Source: Octopus vulgaris (lineage: Eukaryota). Taken from it: a DNA stretch of 64,000 nt. The stretch is taken from positions 22,196,001 to 22,260,000 of the forward strand of contig OX597840.1 of the NCBI GenBank assembly GCA_951406725.2, given 5' to 3'. Below are positions 26,425 to 38,300 of the stretch, piece by piece. Position numbers and translations under genes: made by a program. The first letter of the stretch is position 1, and each line of letters opens with the position of its first letter. The notes beneath the pieces were generated by a model. The model was not told the DNA's origin. It saw only the letters and a program-made list of their open reading frames with translations, and made no database searches.

Positions 26425-28449
26425 ATTATCTCTTGGTATTAATACTGCCTCTATCACTAATAAATATTTTATAATCAAAGATGTCTCTGAGCATTGTACA
26501 TGTCCCTTCTTGTTTAATCCTCTTCCTGTTCCATGTAACTTGGGTTTTATGAAAGAAAAGCTTTATATTATTCAGAAAGTATGAAACAAGGACCAGTTAA
26601 AAGTCTGCAAACAAGCATGAGTGTTTAGAAGAAACTTATGAAAATGCTTTGGGTTACATTGTTATAGTCAGGCTTGATTCAAAAGATCTGTGATAAAAAA
26701 ATGTTCCATCAGTTATTAACTCTAATTTAATTCAGACATTGTGTATCTAAGATTACATTATCCAATGTGCCATTTTCTAGTAAATGTTTCACCTCAGATC
26801 ATCGAAGACCCAAGAGATCAATAATCAAAGATATTTCAGTAGTAACCTGATTGTTATTCAGACATTTAAGGGACACTTTGTTGGTTACAACAACAAGAGT
26901 TCTCATCGATCCAATCAAAGAAACAAACTGCTCATGAAATTCTGGTGCAAATAGCTGAGCATTCCACAGACACATATACCTTTAATATAGTTCTCAGGGA
27001 GATTCAACACGACCCAGAATGTGACAAGGCTGACCCTTTGAAATACAAGTATTACTCATTTTTGACAGCTAAATATCTCTAGGACTACATTATCTGAAAC
27101 GTCTTTCCTTGTTGTTCTGCTCTGAGTCAGAGTTGATCAATTACGCCTAAAATCAAAAACACTTCTATAGGGACCATTCCATTTGTTATCCAAATATAAT
27201 GGATCTAGGACCACATCGTTGGACATATCTTTCCTTGTTGTTCTTCCCTGACATAATGTATCTAGGACTGCATTGTCTTACATGTTGTAGCAAGTCAGGA
27301 AAGCTATTTTTGTTATCACATTGTAGCATAGCTGTGATATGGCAGCTTCAGTCAATCAGGGCTTGGCGTGTATTAATACCAAAAGCAGTTCTCTGGCCAA
27401 GAAGAGAAGCAGGTGTTTTAATCAGTTAGTGGAAAGACAGCATACAAGCAACATCACTTCTTCAGTATGAGAACAACCTCTTTGTTTTACACATCAACTT
27501 TGCATCACTAACTCCAATCACACCATGAGCAGCCTATTTCATTTATGCCAACTTTTCTATGCAAACTTATGAATGCCATCAGCCCACAACTCTGCCATAT
27601 AATGAACAGTATATTTTCATTTACACCAGCTCAGTTTCTGTTAGCTTATAACGACTTCCAACTGTTCAAACATAAGTTATAAAGCTTTCTCTGACTCATG
27701 CACACACACCTGCTATGTTCATATTACTTGTCAGCTCTTGTTATCATCAACATCGTTTAACGTCCACTTTCCATGCTGGCATGGGTTGGACAGTTTGACT
27801 GAGGTCTGGAAAGCCAGTGGCTGCACCAGGCTCCAATCTGGTCTGGCAATGTTTCTACAGCTGCACACCCTTCTTAACCCCAACCACTCTGAGAGTGTAG
27901 TGGGTGCTTTTTACATGCCATGGGCACAGGAGCCAGTCAAGCAGGCCAGGCATCTTATAATAAATTAAAATACTTTGTATAAAAATGCCTTCTGATATTC
28001 CATTACACACGCTTCTCAAAAGCTTGCTCACAGGACCTCTCTATGAACACTTTCACTAAAATGGTGATCCTTTTACCAATATTCCCTCTCTATGTCTTTC
28101 ATTATTGTTATTTTGCCCCCGTGTTTGCCCTGGCCCCACAAACAATCAAAAACTTGTAGCTACCACCATCCCATCTTTAATCCAGACATATCTAGGAAAA
28201 CACTATTCAATGTGTCTCCTTTACTGCTGTTTCGCTTTAAACCATGTGGACCAGTGGAACTCAACTGTGGTCCGCATGGCCCTTCGGGGTCCATATAAGA
28301 GTTTGTTGTTAAAATTTATGCGCAACAAATTGGAAGAAGTTGGTCTAGTCCAGTTTTAGGCAACCTGCTGGACTTTCTGAATGGCACGTCTAACAAAACA
28401 AAATCACCTTCGATCTTTTTTTAGTAGTGCGGCCCGCTGATGATGAGCT

Positions 28450-28680
28450 GGTACTATTGGAGAACAGTGGTCCCGGTAGCTAGCTAGTCGTGACTAGTCG
28501 ATCCTACAACGGCTACCTAGCAAAGTAAATAAAACACAAAATAAATAATTTTTGTTAAACAAAGTAAATAATTTATTAAACAAAATAACACAAAAACACA
28601 AAGTAAGGATCGACTAGTCATGACTAGCTAGCGCGGATGCGCGAGTGCGCGCACCGGGACCCCTGTTCTCAAGTAGTACC
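28450..28680. mobile_element. MITE with ~55-bp TIRs and a 9-bp TSD-like flank (Mutator-like)
   Basis: ggtactattggagaacagtggtcccggt...gctagtcgtgactagtcgatcct mirrored at the 3' end; flanks tgatgagct / ttatgagcc (7/9). Confidence 0.75.
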
Positions 28681-29791
28681 TTATGAGCCATGTCTCATGC
28701 GGCCGACTTCTCGAAAGAAGCTGCCCAGTCTCTAATAAACTAGTAAATAAGCAACAATTTCCCATTTTTCTCTCTCAATTAATGACTTCCATTTCAAGGG
28801 GAGTGATGACGAGAAGCGCCCTCTGCTGCTAGATATTCACCGGTGTAAGACGAAGTTATGTCCTCAACAGCCATTTGTCCTACTTGGATGATCCACTTCG
28901 TACGTGGTGTTGCTCTAAAGAAAACACAACAGAAAAGTCAAATTAATCAGGACAGTTATATTAATACGATGAACCAATTCTTGTTGATCTTGCTAGGATG
29001 AAATGTTCCGTTTTAGACGACTTCATTACTGACAACATGTAAAGAAATGTAGAATGTTGGTTCCCAAAGCTTGAGACAAGCGGAATCATCCGTTCTGTAA
29101 TGGAATTTCAACGAATATAAAAGAAACACTGTTTCAGCCCAGAGCTTCTTTCGTTTTGTCATGCGACTTGTTGTTGGACACGTGCGAGTCCAAAGAGTGA
29201 TTTGACGGACGGATAATTCGTTGTTATCATTTATGTTGTTATTGTTGTTCCATTTGTTATAATTTTGGGAGGTTGAGTAGGTTTGGCTCTGACCCTGGAA
29301 ACATTGTAATTTCCTGGTTCCAAATGAGTCGGGTTTATAACAGCGAAAAGAAATACGAGGACAAGAGTTGTAATTGACTGCCACACTTGATTTAAACGCC
29401 TAAACAAAAGTACAGCAAAAGATGGTTCATCTTGAATGATTCTGTCAGAGAATATGTTGGTTTCTCAGGCAGTTGGAACTTGGTGAAGTGTACTTGACGG
29501 AAGAGAACAGCTCTTGGCCAGATCTCTGCTGAAGAACTCTTCCTCTCTCCATACCGAGATCGAATTCGACCCTGCCTTGCCACCCACCACACAGCTCTTG
29601 GCCCGCGTTAAGCCAGAAAGATTCGACCATCACGGCCGAATGATAAACATACTTCTTCTGCCACATAATTAAGGGGTGAGTAGTGTTTGCCTTCTTTACT
29701 TCGTTTCAGACACCTGCTTTCCCTTAATTATATCTATTCGAAAAATGTATGCACTCAAAAAGATTAATTAGCGTTCTTTTAATTGTATGGG

Positions 29792-29844
<53 letters not shown>

Positions 29845-30532
29845 CATACATATGTACACACATACACACACACACACACACACATATATATGTTGTGTGT
29901 TTATGCACATGTTTAATATGTATACTACATGTCTACACACACAATACATAGATACGGGTGCACGTGTGTGACATTTCGGTTGTGATTAACTTATTACTAA
30001 TCCCGAATTAGTTCGAAGAATGCATATATTGTACATCGATCGGAGATGTTGAGTCCTTCTTAGTCAACTCTGATCGAGCAGACATCTAATAAAAGACATC
30101 TGTAATCTTGACCATCCCATCTTTTTTAAGGATCACTTAGGACCACATCATCTAATGTGAACTTTACATTTTTTAAAGGAGGGAGATTTAGCTGTTATTT
30201 CTAGCGAGCCAAACGATCACCTAGTTTTCCTACTTAACTCGTGTAATAATAATGATTGTTGTCAATGTTGGCTTCTAATAAATAAACAGCGCGAGATGGA
30301 ATTCGAACCACATTGGAAAGCTTTGTTGTTGGTGGCATTCTGCGTTGTCACAGAAGCTCTGTGGATGAAGATGCGATTCTGTTTCGATCTATTGTCATCT
30401 ACCTACCAATATATACGCCCAGTGATACTATTTGGACTTAGTACCGTTTATAGTATAGTGTGTCTGTCTGTCAGTACGTTCAGCTTATTTTTCGTTGAGC
30501 GAAGAGCTTATACACACACACAAATCGTTATA

Positions 30533-30583
<51 letters not shown>

Positions 30584-30899
30584 ATAACGTTATACGCATA
30601 TGTGTATGTGTGTATAAAAGAAGGAATCGTGGGACAATATAGGCACTGATATACAAGAAAATGGGATACTTACGAATGCCTTTCCTCATAGATCTGTTCG
30701 CTCAGGGCTAACCTGGAGTTTACTCTGAAGAAAGACATTTCAGTCATGACCATCCCTCCTTTTTTGTGTACCCAGGTATACAGTGTTTGACCCCGTGTTA
30801 TTTGAGAGAGATATTTGACTGCTATTTCTAACAGTTTGAGAAACCACGCAGAGGCTCCCTTATTGCCTTGGTATGTATGAATGTGTGTGTGTGTGTGTA

Positions 30900-31292
30900 G
30901 GCGCAGACGTGGCTGTATGGTAAGAAGCTTGCTTTCCAGACACTTGGCTCCAGGTTCAGTCCCACTGCGTGGCACCTTGGGCAAGTGTTTTCTACTATAG
31001 TCTTGGGTCAACCAAAACCTTGTGAATGGATTTGGTAGACGGAAATTGAAAGAAGCCCGTCGTGTATGTATGTATGTATATCTGTTTGTGTGTGTGTGTT
31101 TGTCTCCCACCACTGCTTGACAACCGATGTTGGTGTGCTTGCATCCCCCGTAACTTAGCAGTTTGGCAAATGACATAGATAGAATAAGTACCATGCTTAA
31201 AACATAAGTACTCGGGTCAATTCATTCGACTAAAAATTCAAGGTGTGACCCCAGCATGGCCACAGCCTAATGACTGAAACAAGTAAAAGATA
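30900..31292 (+). mobile_element. tRNA-derived SINE, family B (other copies e.g. 4986-5370, 43510-43935 minus, 46014-46630, 63055-63450 minus)
   Basis: A-box-like tggctgtatgg, B-box-like ggttcagtccc, body ggcaccttgggcaagtgt...; many dispersed copies. Confidence 0.85.
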
Positions 31293-31422
31293 TAGGTATA
31301 TATATATATACACACACACACACATACATATATATATATAGCATGTAAGGTCTCTTTACCTTTCTCCGCCTCCCCCACGTGTGTGTGTATGGTACAAAAG
31401 TGAAAAAAAAAAATGGAGTTAA

Positions 31423-31643
31423 CCCTTTAGTGTTCAGATTATTCTGTCAAATGTGATATTTGTTTATTTATATTGCTTTGAATTAATCATGCATTATCTT
31501 GTAGTTTAGAGATTTCAATGATGTGATTTTTTTAGTTTTAGAATGACATGGTAGGGCTGAGGTGAGAGGCAAGATCTGGTCAGTTTCAATATAAAACAGG
31601 TTAAATATTTTGGCCGGATATGGCCGGTTTGAATGCTAAAGGG
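31423..31643. mobile_element. piggyBac-like MITE (partial copies near 16770-16990, 34950-35120, 46855-47270, 63950-64000)
   Basis: TTAA on both sides; TIRs ccctttagtgttca / tgaatgctaaaggg. Confidence 0.8.
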
Positions 31644-32179
31644 TTAATCAGGGTGTATTACATATATGGCTGTGTTTCTCTGTCCTGTGATCTTGGGTGA
31701 ATGTCTTCCGCTGTAGCTATGGGCTTTGTAAATGGATTTGGTCAACAGAGTGAATAGAAGCCTCTCAAGACCTTCAGACTAGTGACTGAGACCTTTGGAA
31801 ATATGCTGTGCTTGAGAAGACCCGGCAAGCCAAGTGAGACCATAACCCGTGGCCTGTGCCAGGGGTGTAACCAGCCCAAATATGCGTACCTTTCCTTTAT
31901 TGGACACTAAACTCTGCTTGCAAAGACCTGTTGAGGCAAGTGAAATCAAAATCAAATTCGATGGCAGCACCACATGACTGGCATCCATGCTAGTGGAGCG
32001 CTAAGAGCACCATCCAAGCATGATTGTTGCCAGAGCTGCTGATTGATCCCTGTGCTGGTGGCATGTAAAAAGCACCATTCAAGCGTGATCATTACCACTG
32101 TTGCCTTGCTGGCACTTGTGCAGTTTTGTTCTGTCTGCCCATCCGTACCGTAGTACAAAAGGTAAAAATAAAAAAAAGT

Positions 32180-32628
32180 GGACTGGATGCTTTTTAAGTG
32201 GCAGCATTTTATCTGATCAAATTCATCCTATGGCTGAGGAATTGTTTCCGGAAAGAAATGCAATCTTTCAGGATGATAATGCACCAATTCACACAGCTAA
32301 AGTTGTTATTGAATGGCATGAGGAACATTCTAGTGAAGTTGAACATCTTATCTGGCCATCACGGTCCCCAGATCTCAATATTATTGAACATTTATGGTGC
32401 ATTTTAGACAAGTAAGGAGTCTATATCATCCACCATCATCACTACAAGAACTGGAGACTGTTTTAGCTGAAGAATGGACAAAAATTCTTTTAGAAACAAT
32501 TCAAACTTTGTACAAGTTCATACCTTGTAGAATTCAAGCTGTAATTACTGCCAAAGGCAGTCCTACCCCATTTAAAAATAAATATGTTTGAAATTTTAAA
32601 GTGTTTCCATTATTTTGTCCAACCCCTG
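32180..32628 (+). mobile_element. 5'-truncated Tc1-family transposon (transposase C-terminus + right TIR)
   Basis: FQDDNAPIH...WPSRSPDLNIIEHLW; ends ttttgtccaacccctg followed by TA. Confidence 0.88.
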
Positions 32629-33329
32629 TAAGTGTGTATATATATGTATACTGATATATATATGTGTATGTATATGTGAAGGCACATACATATATTTTTA
32701 TGTGTATGTCTATGCATGTATATGCATATATGTGTGTATATATATGTATGCTTAACTGTACATACATATGCACGCATGTGTATGTGTGTGTCAAGTTATA
32801 TTCATATGTACGTTTAGACATCAACACTTTACAAAAACCATTGAGAATCGATATCCTTCCTTGAGACGCTTTGGTGCAAACACACTAATTCAAAATCTCA
32901 TTGACCAATGGGCACTGATTGACCAATACGGCTCTGTTGTAATTTCTTTTTCAGGGGTGATGGGTATGAAGAATGCATATGTCTGTGTATGTATATGAGT
33001 GCGCATACATATTTATGCATGTCTGTATGTGTGTATATATGTATATGTATATACTTGTGTGTGCATGTATATGTATATGCGTGTATCTGTGTATGTATGT
33101 GAGCGTATGTATATACATGTATATGTAAATACAGATATATATATTTTTATAATTTTACTTATACCTTATGAATGAACTTTTATTCTTTTTATTAACCGTA
33201 AACTTACCTTATTTCTATTCCTCTTTCCCCAATCATCCCTATTTTTACTTTATTGTTCTAGTTCTATTTATTTATTTCATTTTATCTCTAATCATATTCT
33301 AATCAACCTATAAACCCTTCACCCGAACA

Positions 33330-34620
33330 TATCATCATCATCATCATCGTTTAATGTCCACTTTCCATGCTGGCATGGGTTGGATGATTTGACTGAGGAC
33401 TGGCAAACCAGATGGCTGCACCAGGTTCCAATCTGATCTGGCAGAGTTTCTACAGCTGGATGCCCTTCCTAATGCCAACCACTCCAAGAGTGTAGTGGGT
33501 GCTTTTACATGCCACCAGCATGAGGGCCAGTCAGGCGGTACTGGCAATGGCCACGCTGAAAAGGTGTTTTTTACGTGCCACCTGCACAGAAGCCAGTCCA
33601 GCAGCACTGGCAACAACCTCGCTCAAATGTTTTTCACGTGCCACCAGCACAAGTGCCAGTAAGGCAATGCTGGTATGCACACTGACATTACACATCCATC
33701 AGATCATACTGGCTTCATTCCTTGCAAGCTTACATATATCCTCAGCAGTCACGGCCCATGTTTCACTGCCATGTAGCATGGCTGTTCGTACACATGTGTC
33801 ATACAGTCTACCTTTTACTCTGAGCGAGAAGCCCTTTGTCACCAGCAGAGGTAAGAGCTCTCTGAACTTTGCCCAAGCTATTCTCATTCTAGCAGCTACA
33901 CTTTCAGAGCACCCTCCCCCTACTTCTGACTTGGTCACCTAGGTAACGGTTGATGGGGTCTCTCAAGCACAGCACATCACCAAAGGTCTCAGTCACCGGT
34001 CATTGCCTCAGTGGGGCTCAAATTTCAAAGATCATGCTTCACCACCTCGTCCCATGTCTTCCTGGGCCTGCCTCCACCACAGAAATCAGCACTTCTTTAC
34101 ATAGCTGGCCTTGTCTATACGCATCACATGACCATACCAGTGCAGTTGTCTCTCTTGCACCACATCTGATGCCTCTTATCCCTAACTTTTCTCTTCAGAT
34201 GCTTACTCTCTGTCGAACATGCACATCTAGCAAAGCATACTGGCTTCATTTCTTTCAAGGCTATGCATGTCCTTGGCTGTCACAGCCCATGCTTCATTGC
34301 CATGTAGCACAGCTGTATGGACACAGGCATCAAGCAATCTGCCTTTCACGCTGAGAGGGGGGCCTTTTGTTGCCAGCAGGGGTAGGAGCTCTCTGAACTT
34401 TGCCTAGCCTAATCTTAATCTCACAGCTATGCTCTCAGAACAACTACCTCCACTACTAACTTGGTCACCTGGATACCGGAAGCTATCTACTACCTCTAGC
34501 TTAACCCCTGGCAGTTGATGGAATCTATTTTCAGCATTTATTGTACCTGTGCACCTTCCACATACAAAAGTTAGTTTCCCTGTTAACCATCCTCTGATGT
34601 TGCTGCATCTTAATGTAAAT
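33330..34620 (-). mobile_element. RTE-clade LINE fragments with 3' UTR and (GAT)n tail; the same 3' region is dispersed many times in the window
   Basis: RMRIAWAKFRELLPLL...LYDTCVRTAMLHGSETW and VVDSFRYPG motifs; tail ...gttaaacgatgatgatg. Confidence 0.85.
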
Positions 34621-35257
34621 TTGATGTACAAATTTGTAATTAAATTATTGAGTATTAATTGAAACGGCTGCAAGAAGTGAAGATGACCAATTTGAGCAAG
34701 ACATTTTATTTCATGTTGCTCCAGTCCACTCAGCTGGCAAAAATGAGTAGCACCTGTAATACAAAGGGGGCCAGCCCTGTTACAATCCGTGTCCTGCTGA
34801 ATCTCCCTGAGGACTACGTTAAGGGTACACGTGTCTGTGGAGTGCTCAGCCACCTGCACATTAATTTCACAAGCAGGCTGTTCCATTGATCGGATCAACT
34901 GGAACCCTCGTCATCATAACTTACCGAGTGCCAATTATCTGGCCTAATTATTCTGTCTGGCAATATCTGGCCCCTCACATCTACCCTACAATGTCTTTCT
35001 AAAAATATGCATTCACATCATCAAAATTTTGAAGCTATCAGATAATGACCGATTCATTCAAAATAATGCGAATAAATAAGCGTTACTCTGGATATATAAT
35101 GTGAATGCTAAAAGGTTAACATTTTCTGTTGGACTCTAAAAACCAACTTTTTTTTTTAATTATTCACAAATATTTTCTTTTGTTTCAGTTGTTTAATTAA
35201 TTTATTGATTTTTTTTTCATGTCAACCAAACCAAATGAAAGGAAACTTGTATTGACC

Positions 35258-35381
35258 ATGAGTATCTGTAAATGGGACGTTTGTTGGTCCAACAGCAACC
35301 ATGATAATTTCATCATGTGCGGGACTTCAGTCACCCAGTATCGGGTGGAAAACAAGGCCAACTTGGCACAGAATCAAATGG
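35258..35381 (+). CDS. MIOS: MIOS coding exon 1 (MSICKWDVCWS...)
   Basis: ATG in accATG context, G|gtaagt donor; upstream acceptor tttcag ending 35188. Confidence 0.85.
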
Positions 35382-38300
35382 GTAAGTAATTTTTTTTAAC
35401 CCTTTTATTCCCCTACTTCCATTCGGAAACATTGTTTTCCCTCCAATTTATTTTAAAAATAATGAAGAATATTGTAAAAAGAGACCTCAGATGTGGTGTG
35501 CAAGAGAGAAGAATGCTCTGATATGGTCATGCATATAGACAAGGACAACTGTGTGAAGAAGTGCCAATCTCTAAATGTGGAGGGAACCTGTGGAAGAGGT
35601 CGACCCAGGAAGACATGGTACGAGGTGGTGAAGCATGATCTTTGAACGTTGGGCTTAATGGAGGTGATGACAAGTGACTGAGACCTTTGGTGCTCTGCTG
35701 TGCTTGAAAAGACTCGTTCAGTCAAGTGAAGTCATAGTCGTGGCTGTTGCTGGTGGCGTGTAAATGGCTCCTGTGCCAGTGGCATGTAAAAAAACACCCA
35801 TGACACTTTTGGAGTAGTTGGTGTTAGGAAGGACAACCATGCCTAATCAGACTGGAACCTGCTTCAGACGTTAAATGATGACGACAACGATGACAAACTT
35901 TGTTGTTATTAATCATTACTAATCTGATGTTTGAAACATAAAAAAGAAGCCCTTCGGTCATAAATGACTAGGGGATTGCACCTGGAAAGTTACCCTCCAA
36001 AGCGCAAGTCCAGGCAAGGTTGATTGATTAGTTCTGATGTTGTGATTGTTTATTTTTTAGAACGACATTGTGGGTCAGGTATGAGAGAATGGATCTGGCC
36101 AGTTTGAACTTAAAACAGGTAGGATACTTGAGCCAGATGAGGATGGGTGTTCTTCTTGTCCAAAGATGAAGAGACAAAATGGCCACCTCCATGCAAAGCT
36201 GAGGCTGCAACTGCCAGAACCACCCAACACCCGTCATTTTCGTTTGTTCTTCATCACTGCAGGGCTAGAAAACCAGCTCCCTATCTGCTTTGATTGTCAT
36301 GAGCCACATCTTTGGCTGACCACCTCTCTGCCTATCCCAACCCAGAGGAAGGATCTGGTGCTGTCGCCTTCCGGATGAGTTCGTCATGGGGAGCACCACA
36401 AGTGACAGAAGGCTGCAGGGACCAGCAAGCTGTAGGTTTTCCATTAGAGAGACCTTCTCCTCGGGGAATTGCCTTACAGGGCTGGAGAGCTTCGCTACCC
36501 TGGAGTTGCTGGAAGAGTATCAAAGGGGTCAGTAAACCATGTGAGGGACTCTACTTCTTGATTTGCTGTCGAGGTTGACTCCCCTCCCACAAGTGACTCT
36601 CTGCCAGACAAAATAGAATAAGAACAACAAGAGGAGACACATGGCATAGAGAGTCATTGAAGAGGTCACAAATTGTGTAGTGAAAGAACTTTGACAAAGA
36701 AACTAAAATAATAATTATAAAACTGAATTGGGGACCAAATATACAGTGTGTGTGTTTAATTGGCAAAATATGACCATCCCAACTATAATGGTTTCAAATT
36801 TTGCCAAAAGGACAGCAATTTTGAGGGAGGGGATGAGTCGATTACATCGACCCCAAGTGTTTAACTGATACTTATTTTATCAACCCCAAAAGGATGAAAG
36901 GTAAAGTTGACCCAGGCAGAATTTGAAACCCTCCCCAAGTATAATGATATCTGTTGCAACACACAATTTTACAAATTACTTATTATTTTCTTGTATTTTT
37001 ATTTCTTCTGTTTTCAGCAAAAGCTGTTTCCTTATCAGGCAACACCTGTGCCATTCCTCTCTACACCTGCCTCCCTTCGGATGTACAGTTTATGAAGGTT
37101 AGTAGTGTCGATACACATTCATATAATTGGTGCAAGCCTGGCTGTGTGGTTAAGAAGTTTGCTTCCTGACCAAGTAGTTTCAGGTTCAATCCCATTATGA
37201 TACCTTGCTTTAAAAGAGGGATGGAGAGAGAGAAAGAAATCATAATCTAAACTGGAAGATTAGACAGAGACAGGGTAAAGACCGTTACCCTCTGAGGCAC
37301 AAGTCTTGGCAAGATTGTCTATGGAAGACCAGCAGTCGCCCATGCATACCAGCCTCCCCTCCTCATGCCACTGATGTTATCCAAGGGAAAGGCAATGGCC
37401 AATTCAGCTTGGCACCAGTGACATTGCAACTCATTTCTCCAGATGAGTGAACTGGAGCAACATGAAATGAAGTGTCTTGCTCAAGAACACAACACACGGC
37501 CCAGTTCGGGAATCAAACTTACTACCTCATGATTGTGAGTCCGACATTTTAACCACTGAGCTGTGGAATAGATTAGAATGAGATATGAAAATTTAAAAAA
37601 TTGAGGAGTAGAGTTGAAGGTATGAGAATTAGTGAAGTGGAATAACTTTGATCTCGGTAAATACTTCTAATGTTATTACCTCCGCCAAAGAAGGAGGTTG
37701 TTTTCATCGGCGTTGGTTTGTCTGTCCGTCTGTGTGCAAATTAACTCAAAAAGTTGTGAACAGTATTTGATGAAACTTACAGGAAAAATTGGTAATGACA
37801 CAAGGAACAAATGATGAAATTTTGGTAGGGATCCAAGAATTTTTATGGATTGTTGAAGGATTTTTCATTTGTTATATTTACTTTACATGAAGTATTACAA
37901 TGTTACGTTCTTTGATTATCTCCCTTGAAAACACGTTCATCGTTTCCATGTAACTTATGGTGGCGTTGCTGTTTCCAAAGTTTTTTTTTCGTTTCTCTAT
38001 TAGTAATTTTACTCGTATCTATCTTAAAATGAGCTTAACGGAGGTCTGTGCTCTCCGAGTGCTTTTCTAGTTTTCTTACTGTTTTGTTATTTTTCAGTGT
38101 GTGGCACTCTACCCAAGGCCAGAATATCCAAACCTCTTAGCTATCGGACAAGTCATTGGCAAAATTCTTCTGACCAAGTAAGTGTGGAGAAAAGGCAACT
38201 GTTTTATCATTTCTTTCATTGAATGTGTAATGTCAGCGTGCATCACTCTCTCGTCTCTCCCTGCCTCTTCTGTTGCTATGGCAATAAACTCTGACTCACT

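Noticed and set aside
29013-29666. Minus-strand ORFs that might be a gene divergent from MIOS
   Set aside because: Overlapping short ORFs with no recognisable domain or consistent splice structure.
30900-30970. tRNA gene candidates from A/B-box-like motifs
   Set aside because: They are SINE heads; no complete cloverleaf is evident.
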